Positions 28,795 to 37,869 of a stretch of 64,000 nt of DNA are shown here, one piece after another. Position numbers and translations under genes: made by a program. The notes beneath the pieces were generated by a model that did no database searches, was not told the origin of the DNA, and was given only the letters and a program-made list of their open reading frames with translations. Origin of the DNA: Candidatus Margulisiibacteriota bacterium (GTDB lineage Bacteria; Margulisbacteria; Marinamargulisbacteria; JBFWNS01); contig JBFWNS010000002.1 of NCBI GenBank assembly GCA_050250935.1, forward strand, positions 32,001-96,000. Reading direction: 5' to 3'. Within the stretch, counting starts at the first letter, position 1, and each line of letters starts with the position of its first letter.

Positions 28795-30455
28795 AGGCTT
28801 ACAGTTACCTTTCGGCCTTTAACGCTGTTCTGGTTCATCACCCGCAGCACGTCTTGGACCACTTCGGAAGGAACATCCACCAAGGTGTAGTCGTGTTTTA
28901 GGGTGATTCGACCGATGGATTTACCTTCGATTCCGGTTTCACCAGCAATGGCTCCCACAAAATCGCCGATGCGAACCCCGTCTCTTTCGCCGATGCTGAA
29001 TCGCACAGCCGTCATACCTTGTCTTGAGCGATGGCCGCCACCTTGTCCTTGATAGCCAGAACCCCCATAGGGCTTTTTGCCATAGGATTGGCCGCCCCCT
29101 TGATAGCCACCTCGGCGATCGTGGAAAGACTCTTGAGCCGCTTTGGCCAAGGTATCCACTTCTTTTTCGGGGCCCATGTTCATTTTAAGCAGGGCCGCTG
29201 CAATATCGAGAAGATTTAGATCTTGGGCCAGCAACGCATCCAACATGCGGGCATATTTTTCGAGCTCTTCAGTCTCGATGGTGGCTTTGACTTTATCCAA
29301 AAAGATCGTTCGCTTCATTTCGTGAACTTCGTTAAGGGTTGGGACGGCTTCTCTGCGCAAGCGAATTTTGGCATAGCGCTGAATGTCGTTTAAGCGGTAC
29401 ATGTCTCGGCCAGAGGCAAAGGTAAAGGCTTTTCCAGAGCGCCCTGCCCTACCTGTTCGGCCAATGCGGTGCACATAGGTTTCTTCGTCTTGAGGCATGT
29501 CGTAGTTGAAAACGGCCTCAACATCGTCCACATCGATACCCCGTGCGGCAACGTCGGTGGCCACCAAAATATCGATGATGCCTTGGCGAAACTTGTTCAT
29601 GACCGTGTCGCGTTGGCCTTGCTTCATGTCGCCATGAAGACCATCGGCAAAGTACCCTCGGGCTTGAAGATGGGAAACCACTTCGTCGACTTCGCGTTTG
29701 GTATTGCAAAACACCAGGGCTAGTTTCAAGCTGTGAACGTCGATCAGACGAGAAAGCAATTCAACTTTCATGTTCGACCGAACCTCAAAATAACATTGAT
29801 CAATTTTGGGAACCGTAAGTTCGGTGTGAGCCACTTTTACGGTTACGGGGTCTTTTTGGTAGCGTTTGGTCAAATCCAAAATTTCTTTTGCCATGGTGGC
29901 CGAAAAAAACACGGTTTGGCGCTCGGTGCTGGTTTTGCCCAAAATCCATTCAATGTCGTCTCGGAAACCCATGTCGAGCATTTCGTCGGCCTCGTCCAAA
30001 ACCACGGTGTTGATGTGATCCAAAACCACGGTGCCCCGCTCCATGTGGTCCATCACCCGGCCTGGCGTACCGATGATGACATGAACCCCTTTGCGAAGGG
30101 CCGCAAACTGACGCTCGATGGGTTGTCCCCCATACACGGGAACAATATTAAGGCCTCGCTTGTATTTGGCCAATTTCATGAGCTCTTCAGAGACTTGAAT
30201 GGCCAATTCGCGGGTTGGGCACAAAATTAGAGCTTGTGTTTTACGGGTACTGGTATCGATTTTTTCCAACACGGGAATCCCGAAAGCAGCGGTTTTACCC
30301 GTACCCGTTTGGGACTGCCCCAGCACATCCAAGCCATCCAACAACACCGGAATCGCCTGAGACTGAATGGGCGACGCTTCTTCAAAGCCCATGTCCTCGA
30401 TGGCACGGTGCAGCTCTGATGAGAGTGGAAGTGAACTAAAAGTCACTTTATCCAT
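28791..30455 (-). CDS. deaD: DEAD-box RNA helicase (DeaD/CshA type with a DbpA RNA-binding domain)
   Basis: QSQTGTGKT, PTRELA, DEADEM, SAT, HRIGRTGRAG, G-rich linker and C-terminal DbpA domain. SD GGAGG before ATG 30455. Confidence 0.93.
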   Translation of the reverse strand: MDKVTFSSLPLSSELHRAIEDMGFEEASPIQSQAIPVLLDGLDVLGQSQTGTGKTAAFGIPVLEKIDTSTRKTQALILCPTRELAIQVSEELMKLAKYKRGLNIVPVYGGQPIERQFAALRKGVHVIIGTPGRVMDHMERGTVVLDHINTVVLDEADEMLDMGFRDDIEWILGKTSTERQTVFFSATMAKEILDLTKRYQKDPVTVKVAHTELTVPKIDQCYFEVRSNMKVELLSRLIDVHSLKLALVFCNTKREVDEVVSHLQARGYFADGLHGDMKQGQRDTVMNKFRQGIIDILVATDVAARGIDVDDVEAVFNYDMPQDEETYVHRIGRTGRAGRSGKAFTFASGRDMYRLNDIQRYAKIRLRREAVPTLNEVHEMKRTIFLDKVKATIETEELEKYARMLDALLAQDLNLLDIAAALLKMNMGPEKEVDTLAKAAQESFHDRRGGYQGGGQSYGKKPYGGSGYQGQGGGHRSRQGMTAVRFSIGERDGVRIGDFVGAIAGETGIEGKSIGRITLKHDYTLVDVPSEVVQDVLRVMNQNSVKGRKVTVSL

Positions 30456-30740
30456 AAAAAAACCTCCAGAAGGCAAAATAAGCCTTCGACACAAAAAATA
30501 TGCTGGGTAAAACGATGTGGGGATTACACAAGGCCTGCCGAAAACAGCTACTGCACTTTGCTGCGTTGGCCCTGAACTTAAAAAACAGTCATGGACTGTG
30601 AGGGGGAGAAACTCGGAAGAAGGGATTTCTACCGAGGAGGCTTCAAAAGCCTCGACTCATAAAGGGTTTAACGCAGAGATAATCGAACAAGGTCTTAACC
30701 GAACGGTGGGTAGAATATCAAGAATTTTGCAATTGAGCAA
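30456..30740 (-). promoter_or_regulatory. Promoter and ~250-nt structured 5' leader of deaD
   Basis: TTGCTC-N17-TATTCT at 30740-30712. Hairpins GAGGCTT-ttg-AAGCCTC, ACAGTC-cat-GACTGT and GAAGGC-ttatttt-GCCTTC, the last next to the SD. Confidence 0.55.
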
Positions 30741-30745
30741 CCAAG

Positions 30746-33511
30746 CTAGAGCTGCCGAGATGCCAAGGAAAAAAACAAGCCCCGTTGGGCCATCAATTCT
30801 GAGTAGGTGCCCGATTCGACAATTTGCCCTTTGTTCATCACCAAAATGCGGTCGGCATCAACAATGGTGCTTAAGCGATGGGCCACGACGATGCGGGTCA
30901 TGTTCAGCTGTGCGAGGTTGTCTCGGACAATGGCTTGAACCACGTTGTCCATGGCGCTAGTGGCTTCGTCGAGAAACAAAATTTTAGGGCGATGAATCAG
31001 GGCTCGGGCCAACATGAGTCGCTGCCGTTGTCCCCCAGAAAAGGTGGATCCCCCTTCCATAATGACGGTATGCATGCCCATGGGCAGTTGGTGAATATCT
31101 TGGTCGATGCCGGCCAATTTTGCGGCTTCCCAGGCATCTTCGAGTGTGTAGGGCGACGAACCGACAATATTGGTAAAAATGTCCCCCGCAATCAAGCGTG
31201 AATTTTGCAAGACCACCCCAAAATTTTGGCGAAGCAATTTTAAATTCAGATCGGCCATGTCTTGATCATCAAAATAAAGAGAACCAAACTGCGGTGAATC
31301 AAATCCGAGTAACAGTCGCAGCATCGTGCTCTTGCCAGATCCTGAAGGCCCGACAATGGCAATAAACTGCCCTGCCTCGGCCAAAAACGATACCTCTTTA
31401 AGCAGTTGTGGCATGCCGGGATAGGCGAACGACACTTGATTAACTTCTATTTTTCCATTTAATTCGGCAGGAATCACTTTGGCTTCGGTGACTTCTGGAC
31501 TGGTTACTAGAATGGGTTTAATCCGTTGCAACAAAGGCCCAATTTTGACAGCCCCAACCAAGACCGACAACATCATCATATTGGCGCTAACCAATTGGCC
31601 CAAGGCCGAATAAAATGCCAAAAAACGACCCGAGGTTAGCCCATCTTGGTCGGATGCCACAAAAAAGACGGCACAGGTTACCAGAAGCGGAAAAGCCGTC
31701 ATCAGCACCTGAAATTGAATGTTATTTTTCCCAACTTTTGAACCCAACCGTTTTTGGGTGACATAGCGACTGGCCCAAACCGAAAATGCCCGAACCTGGG
31801 CTCCAGCCACGCGAAGTTTGGCCACGCCAGTAATGAGTTGGTATACAAAGCCCGAGAGTTGGCCTTGAATCGTCAGTTGCTTGGCATACAGATCGACCTG
31901 TCGTTTAACCAAAAACAATCCCCCACCCAATAAAAGCACCATCAACCCCAATGCAACACAGGCCAAGGGAGGGCTAAACACAAACAAGAGCCCCAAATTA
32001 AACAGCGAAAACAGAGCGGTCACGATACTATTGAGCATGGTCGAGGACAGTAAGCCTCGGATTTCGGCCACACCATTAACACGTTGTTCCAGATCGCCGA
32101 CCGAATATTGCCTAAAAAATGGGGTTGGCAGTTCCAACAAGCGACTCCACAGAGCGTGATGTAAATCCAAGTCCACCATCCGACTCAAGCGAATTAAGAC
32201 AAACCCACGAACCACTTGAAAACAGGCCGTTGCAACCGCCACGGTTAATAGGATGATCCCTGCATGAACAATCAACGGTCGATTGGAATAGGGAATAATG
32301 TAGTCGAATAAATAGCCCGTGATGATGGGAACGAAAAAGCCCATCAGAACCAAGATTAAACTGACACCCAGCAATTGCCCCAGCAACACTTGTTTGCCTT
32401 GGAAACAAAACACAAGGGCTTCCCACCTCGCCAATGCGCGTTGGGGAAAGGAACGGTACAACACCACCCCTTCTGTGGACAAAGTGGCTAAGCTTTCGTG
32501 GGTTATCGCTGTATGGTGGTGATGGGTTGGATCGTATAGTTTTAGTCCATTTTGATCGTAGATAACCACAGGGTGGTGATCTTTGGTGTAGGCCAAAATC
32601 GGCAAATTGCTTTTACCCAAATGGTTAGGGTTAAACCGAATGTTTCGGAACCGAAGACCTGATGTAATCCCAATATTTTTGAGGTGATGGGTATGAGAGG
32701 CATGTCCATGCTCTTCAAAGTTAAACGGCTCGTTCATTACGGTGGCCAAAAAAGCCACCGCCCGAACCAAAGGATCGCCATGCTTTTTCTCTTCCCACAA
32801 GGTTTCCGACCCCAAAGAATCAAGAACCAGGGTCGCCTCTTGGAGCAAGCGCGATTTTGTGGTTTCTCTTTCGGCCATTCGCGTATGGGCATCCAGGGCA
32901 ACCAGTTCGGCATTCACTGCATCACAAGCCAAGGTAAACCGATGCTGGGCCAGAAGGGCTTTGCCCAGCAATCCAGAGGATAGGCAGTCTTTCGTGGACA
33001 CTGCTTCTAGGGTTTGGGATTCTGAAAACTGCAGTTCGATGAAGGGTGTTAAAGGAAATCCAGCCCCAATGCCATGGGTAGAACAAGTGCCGCCTTTGGG
33101 ATTCACCAACCACACCACATCCTTGAAGGTTCGAACCACCTGCTGGGGTTCTACCCCCACGCTTCCTGGGACACTAATCAACACATCTTGGGCTTGCAGC
33201 GCCGAAATGCCACTGTTTTTTTGCAAGTTTATGGCCCAGGTTTCCAATCCCTCGACGAGGGTTTCGTCCTGGGTATCCCAGGGTCCGGTTTCCAGATGTG
33301 TGCCTTGGCCTGGAATGGCCACGAGACGGCGGGACTGTTGATCGGGGCAAGCAAAAAACCACATGCCTTTGGTAAAGGTGGCAATAAACAACCGTTCCGA
33401 CCCCTCAGAGGTCATCGAAAAAACATCCACATACCCTTCTAAAATCTTAAAAGCAGCTTCAGAATCGTCTAAAAAAAGGGGGGTACTCGCGTTAACGGAT
33501 AAGGGTTTCAT
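30746..33511 (-). CDS. NHLM/NHLP-type bacteriocin-export ABC transporter, subunit without an active peptidase
   Basis: N-terminal cNMP-binding-like region (ILEGYVDVF...RLFI), C39-like region without the catalytic motif (DPLVRAV), TMD, GPSGSGKST, FSGGQRQR, LDEATSA. Confidence 0.88.
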   Translation of the reverse strand: MKPLSVNASTPLFLDDSEAAFKILEGYVDVFSMTSEGSERLFIATFTKGMWFFACPDQQSRRLVAIPGQGTHLETGPWDTQDETLVEGLETWAINLQKNSGISALQAQDVLISVPGSVGVEPQQVVRTFKDVVWLVNPKGGTCSTHGIGAGFPLTPFIELQFSESQTLEAVSTKDCLSSGLLGKALLAQHRFTLACDAVNAELVALDAHTRMAERETTKSRLLQEATLVLDSLGSETLWEEKKHGDPLVRAVAFLATVMNEPFNFEEHGHASHTHHLKNIGITSGLRFRNIRFNPNHLGKSNLPILAYTKDHHPVVIYDQNGLKLYDPTHHHHTAITHESLATLSTEGVVLYRSFPQRALARWEALVFCFQGKQVLLGQLLGVSLILVLMGFFVPIITGYLFDYIIPYSNRPLIVHAGIILLTVAVATACFQVVRGFVLIRLSRMVDLDLHHALWSRLLELPTPFFRQYSVGDLEQRVNGVAEIRGLLSSTMLNSIVTALFSLFNLGLLFVFSPPLACVALGLMVLLLGGGLFLVKRQVDLYAKQLTIQGQLSGFVYQLITGVAKLRVAGAQVRAFSVWASRYVTQKRLGSKVGKNNIQFQVLMTAFPLLVTCAVFFVASDQDGLTSGRFLAFYSALGQLVSANMMMLSVLVGAVKIGPLLQRIKPILVTSPEVTEAKVIPAELNGKIEVNQVSFAYPGMPQLLKEVSFLAEAGQFIAIVGPSGSGKSTMLRLLLGFDSPQFGSLYFDDQDMADLNLKLLRQNFGVVLQNSRLIAGDIFTNIVGSSPYTLEDAWEAAKLAGIDQDIHQLPMGMHTVIMEGGSTFSGGQRQRLMLARALIHRPKILFLDEATSAMDNVVQAIVRDNLAQLNMTRIVVAHRLSTIVDADRILVMNKGQIVESGTYSELMAQRGLFFSLASRQL

Positions 33512-35685
33512 TGGGAGATTAACCTCGCATAGGCACCTTCTTTATCCGAGGATAAGGTTTCGTGGGTGCCTTGTTGAACCACCTTACCCTTGTCCAAAAC
33601 CAAAATTAAATCGGCATCCCGAATGGTGCTGAGGCGATGAGACACGATCAAACAGGTACACCCTCGGCGACGGATATTGGCATCGATTTCCTTTTCAACC
33701 ACGGGATCCAAAGCGCTGGTGGCCTCGTCTAGAATTAAAAGGGTGGGTTGAATGACCAAGGCCCTGGCAATCTCGAAACGTTGGCGTTGTCCCCCACTAA
33801 AGTTACGCCCACTGTCTTCGATGATGGTGTCATAGCCATGGGGACGGTTGACGCTGTCATCGTGGATGCAGGCGTCTTTGGCCGCTTGAATCATCATGGG
33901 TTCAGTTAGGGTGTTGTCCCACAAAATTAAATTTTCGCGAATGGTTCCTTCGAACAAAAAAATATCTTGGTCAACCATGGCCAAGGAATTGGCTTTGAGT
34001 GCGGTTGGAATATGCTCGATGGGTGTATCGTCGATTAAAATTTCGCCGCTCCAAGGGGTATACAGGCCAGCCAAAAGTTTTGAAATGGTGGATTTTCCAG
34101 ACCCCGATCCACCCACCAAGGCCACCCGTTGACCCGGTTCAATGGACAAGGAAAACGACTCAATTAAGGGAGCTTCTAGAGGGCTATACCCAAAAGAAAC
34201 ATTGCGAAATTCAATTTTTCCGGCCAAGCGTGACGGTGCGTTTTTATCCCGACGCAGGTGCTTTCCTTCCGGAGCCATTGGGGTTTTGAGCACATCGTTT
34301 AAACGGGTCACGTCGCCTTCGACTTGTTGCAAAACCGAATCGACATTAATCAGATCCGTTGCCGGTTTCAACAAACTGGCATTTAGGCCCTGAAACGCAA
34401 CCAACATCCCCAAAGTCAGATGCCCTTCGAGAACCCGAAATCCGCCGATCAGCAAAATACAGGCCACGCTGATACCCGTTAACAAAGTTGGCAAAATGGT
34501 CAGCCATTCGCTGTAGACTGACAATCCTTGAAATGAGGCCATCACATTGGCCTGATACCCCGACCAAGTTGCAAAAAAATCCTGCTCGCGCCCTGTCGAT
34601 TTTAGGGTTTCGATGCCCTGAATTCCCCCAATTGAGGTTCCCACCACCTTACCCAGGTCTTTGTTTAAAATCATGCGCTGTTGCTTTTGGCGTTTAGAAA
34701 TCTCGTTAAAGGCCACCATGTTAATGGCCACAAACAGCAAACTAATCAGGGTCAGTACCACATCGTATTGCAACATCACCCCTGTAAAAAACACCATGGA
34801 CAACAAACTAACGGCAACCGGGGCCAACTGTCCGGCCAAAATCGAGGCCATTCTGTCCACCAATTGCAACCGAGAGCCGATTTCACCGCCAAACCGCTGC
34901 ATAAAAAAAGACACGGGCAAATGCAAAATATGCCACAAAAAGGCTTTGGCTTGTTTGATGGACAATTGGCGCTCTAGCTTAACCAGGTAATGCCGCTGAA
35001 CCCAGGTTAACAGCGCTTGTAATACCAACGTTGCCACCATCCCCCACAGCAAGGGTAACAACCATGGCGTGTTTTGATTCACCAAAATCTGATCCACAAA
35101 CACCCGAGAAAAGACCGGAATCAAAATACCGGGAATCACCAAACAAAACCCCGTCCAAGCCACCACATACAAAATGCTATTGAAGGGGGCCAACAAGTGT
35201 TTAAGGTCTTGATAGAAACTTTTGTCGCTGATCTTTTTTCTGAACCCATGACCCGGGGCAAACAACAAAATAATCCCTGTAAACGCTTGGTTAAACTCGT
35301 CCCAAGTGACCTCGCAATGGCCCCTGGCAGGATCGTTGAGAAACACCCCCGTTTTACAAAATCCCTCGACCACCAAAAAATGATTAAAATTCCAAAACAC
35401 CACAAAAGGCAAGGGCAACTGAGCGAGTTCTTCCAGATTCTCTTTTTTGATGGCTTTGGCATCCAACCCATAGGTATGGGCTGCGCGAATGATATTCGAG
35501 GCCTTACTGCCATCCCGAGAAACCCCACAACTTAAGCGCAGGGTTTCCAGCGATTGCTCGTGGCCATAATAGGCCAAAATGATGCCCAAGGCTGCGGCAC
35601 CGCATTCCACAGCTTCCATTTGCAACAACAAGGGGGTTTCCGCCCGTTGATAGGTTTTGTCGAAAAGGCGGCGTAGTCCCCGCAT
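33508..35685 (-). CDS. NHLM/NHLP-type C39 peptidase-containing ABC transporter (PCAT)
   Basis: TPLLLQMEAVECGAAAL (Cys), FWNFNHFLV (His), LNDPARG (Asp), CGVSRDGSKA, plus TMD and ABC motifs. Confidence 0.92.
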   Translation of the reverse strand: MRGLRRLFDKTYQRAETPLLLQMEAVECGAAALGIILAYYGHEQSLETLRLSCGVSRDGSKASNIIRAAHTYGLDAKAIKKENLEELAQLPLPFVVFWNFNHFLVVEGFCKTGVFLNDPARGHCEVTWDEFNQAFTGIILLFAPGHGFRKKISDKSFYQDLKHLLAPFNSILYVVAWTGFCLVIPGILIPVFSRVFVDQILVNQNTPWLLPLLWGMVATLVLQALLTWVQRHYLVKLERQLSIKQAKAFLWHILHLPVSFFMQRFGGEIGSRLQLVDRMASILAGQLAPVAVSLLSMVFFTGVMLQYDVVLTLISLLFVAINMVAFNEISKRQKQQRMILNKDLGKVVGTSIGGIQGIETLKSTGREQDFFATWSGYQANVMASFQGLSVYSEWLTILPTLLTGISVACILLIGGFRVLEGHLTLGMLVAFQGLNASLLKPATDLINVDSVLQQVEGDVTRLNDVLKTPMAPEGKHLRRDKNAPSRLAGKIEFRNVSFGYSPLEAPLIESFSLSIEPGQRVALVGGSGSGKSTISKLLAGLYTPWSGEILIDDTPIEHIPTALKANSLAMVDQDIFLFEGTIRENLILWDNTLTEPMMIQAAKDACIHDDSVNRPHGYDTIIEDSGRNFSGGQRQRFEIARALVIQPTLLILDEATSALDPVVEKEIDANIRRRGCTCLIVSHRLSTIRDADLILVLDKGKVVQQGTHETLSSDKEGAYARLISQ

Positions 35686-36920
35686 TACTGGGTCAGCCGT
35701 TTCAAGTAGGGCAAGACCAATTCGATGGGGCGAATTTCAGACGTAACCACATGGGCCTCGCACAGATTTCCACTTTTGATAATGGCATTGGGACCCCGAG
35801 ACGAGGTCCAAGCAAACCCACTGGGGCTTTTATCGTCGGTATTCAGTTGCACCAACACCTCGATCACGGGGCCTGATTGACTGACCCGTTGAATCAACTG
35901 ATCGTTGTCGATGTAGAGTTTCATCGCCGCAAGGGTGGCCGGGTATTTTGAAACGTAAAGAACCTTGGCCAAAATCATGCCATAGCTTTCTTTTTTATAG
36001 CCTGAAGGCGAAACAAAAACCGGCATCCCTTCGGACAACTGATCCCCCATTTCTGCTGGCACAAACACAATGGCCTGCAGTCCAGAATGGGCTAATCTCA
36101 GGTTTTCGACGCTAACGATGGGGTCTCCAGCATGGACCAGTTGACCATGCTTAACTTTTACTTCGACAATTTGACCGGTTAAAAACGAATGCAACACCCC
36201 GCTGTTGGCCAATTCGTCTTGATAATGCTGCAAGGGCAAATGAAGTGCTTCCAATCGACGGGCCATATCCGCACGTTCCCACCCTTGATTTTCCAAAACA
36301 TTGGGCCTTAACGTTAACAAGTGAATGGCCGACTTGAGCACCAGTTTTTGATCGACCAGGGCTATTTTTTCTTCGGTGAGTTCGTTGAGCAGCCTGGATG
36401 CGTTGGTCGAAGAAATCGTTTCGATGTGATGAAGGCGATGGTTTAACCGTTCTATGCGCAATTCGACTGCATGCAAACGCTCTACCAAAATCTGGTCGAT
36501 ATTTTCGGTGGGTACTGCACCAAAAGAATCCACCAAAACAAGGGCTTTTTGACGGCGAATCAACCGGTCTTGTTCTTCGCCAAGCTCGGATGCTTTTCTG
36601 GCAATATCCAAGGGTTGAATTTGGGCTATTTTTTGGCGGCGGAAAATCATTTGCCCCACATCCACAAAAATATCACCCACAAATCCCTCTTGAGGAGCTT
36701 GAATATCAATAACCCCACCATGGCGAATTAAGACACCTTCGGCCTCCACTGTAATGGGAACTCGCCCAAAAACAGACCAAAGGGCCACCACAACAAATAA
36801 AACCGTCACCCCAACCAAAAAGACCCAGGTTTTCGCCGAAACCATGGGAATGGGACGATCGAGTTGCTCTGGAGACTGCAAATGCTCCAAAGCGGCTTTT
36901 CTGAAAAGGGGGGATTTCAT
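35685..36920 (-). CDS. NHLM/NHLP-system HlyD-family secretion protein
   Basis: LFRKAALEHLQSPEQLD N-terminus, single TM, YGMILAKV..VSKYP, SPSGFAWTSSRGP, RPIELVLP. Start taken at ATG 36920. Confidence 0.9.
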   Translation of the reverse strand: MKSPLFRKAALEHLQSPEQLDRPIPMVSAKTWVFLVGVTVLFVVVALWSVFGRVPITVEAEGVLIRHGGVIDIQAPQEGFVGDIFVDVGQMIFRRQKIAQIQPLDIARKASELGEEQDRLIRRQKALVLVDSFGAVPTENIDQILVERLHAVELRIERLNHRLHHIETISSTNASRLLNELTEEKIALVDQKLVLKSAIHLLTLRPNVLENQGWERADMARRLEALHLPLQHYQDELANSGVLHSFLTGQIVEVKVKHGQLVHAGDPIVSVENLRLAHSGLQAIVFVPAEMGDQLSEGMPVFVSPSGYKKESYGMILAKVLYVSKYPATLAAMKLYIDNDQLIQRVSQSGPVIEVLVQLNTDDKSPSGFAWTSSRGPNAIIKSGNLCEAHVVTSEIRPIELVLPYLKRLTQ

Positions 36921-36945
36921 ACCGGACAGAAGTCTACACCATTTT

Positions 36946-37080
36946 CTATGCCCAATCAAAATGGGTTTCTTCAACCCCACCCATAATCAAGTCCAATTCT
37001 TCGTCGGACAAATCGGATTTTCCGGACTTTTTCGGATCAAAATCGGGTTGAATATATTTGGGAACTGCTCGCTTAGCCAT
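36946..37080 (-). CDS. Double-glycine leader precursor peptide, 44 aa: MAKRAVPKYIQPDFDPKKSGKSDLSDEELDLIMGG|VEETHFDWA; not in the ORF track
   Basis: Translated by hand. SD AGGAG about 10 nt upstream; leader matches the (E/D)LSDEEL-x4-GG pattern; lies 25 nt upstream of the HlyD/PCAT operon on the same strand. Confidence 0.85.
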   Translation of the reverse strand: MAKRAVPKYIQPDFDPKKSGKSDLSDEELDLIMGGVEETHFDWA

Positions 37081-37176
37081 CGTGATCTATCTCCTGGCTT
37101 GGACACCTGGTTTTTTTACCTTTTTCCCCCATTTCCAACGTTCTAAACATCGAAAATTTCTGATAGACTGAACCCC

Positions 37177-37869
37177 ATGGTGAACCGTTCGTTTTGGCTT
37201 GTGCTTTTGATCTTTTTATTGGGTGTTCCATTGATGGCCAAAGACACCTTGTCTTTTTGTTTTTTTCCAAAACCTGTTCCCCTTTTAAGCCAACCCAGCC
37301 TATCTGCCCCCACGGTTTCGACGCTGAATTTTGGAACTGGGGTCTATGTTCTATCCAAAAAAGGCGCATGGACTCAGGTTAAAACCAACGAGGGTACCGG
37401 ATTTGTGTTGTCGGACTATCTGTTGCCCTGGCCACCCAAAGTGTCTTCAGAAACCTTCGACCTATATTTTCAGTTTTTGGAATCGTTGGGGTATCCAACC
37501 GAAGGCGTGCATTTGGCACCTCGCAGCACCGGTCTTTATCGGGAACTTTTCCAGTATTCGCTGCCCAAACTTAGCTTTAATCAGGCATTATTATTGTTAG
37601 GCAATTTGGAAAACATCGACCCCGACTTGGTTGTTAAAACCTGGGACTGGGTTCGTTCTGCACAGACCTCGAGCACCCTGTATCTGAATTCCAAAGCCCC
37701 AATGATCAACCCCAAAAGACAGTCTTTGGAAGTTCGATTTGACCCCCAAGGGCACCCCCGCATGCTGATTTATTATCTGCGCAACGAAGGATTAAGCAAA
37801 ATGACCTATGTGCATACCCAAGCCAACGGCACCTTGGGCTTAAACATTGAAACGGTGATCGATCAATGA
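37177..37869 (+). CDS. Exported SH3-like domain protein
   Basis: Signal peptide, then PSLSAPTVSTLNFGTGVYVLSKKGAWTQVKTNEGTGFVLSDYL, a bacterial SH3-like pattern. Confidence 0.7.
   Translation: MVNRSFWLVLLIFLLGVPLMAKDTLSFCFFPKPVPLLSQPSLSAPTVSTLNFGTGVYVLSKKGAWTQVKTNEGTGFVLSDYLLPWPPKVSSETFDLYFQFLESLGYPTEGVHLAPRSTGLYRELFQYSLPKLSFNQALLLLGNLENIDPDLVVKTWDWVRSAQTSSTLYLNSKAPMINPKRQSLEVRFDPQGHPRMLIYYLRNEGLSKMTYVHTQANGTLGLNIETVIDQ

Noticed and set aside
30517..30960. 147-aa plus-strand ORF over the deaD leader
   Set aside because: It is antisense to the ABC transporter 3' end and the deaD leader and has no recognisable motifs.
36754..37146. 130-aa plus-strand ORF in the track spanning the precursor region
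   Set aside because: It is an antisense shadow of the hlyD 5' end and the precursor. The minus-strand 44-aa ORF has an SD, a recognisable leader and operon context.
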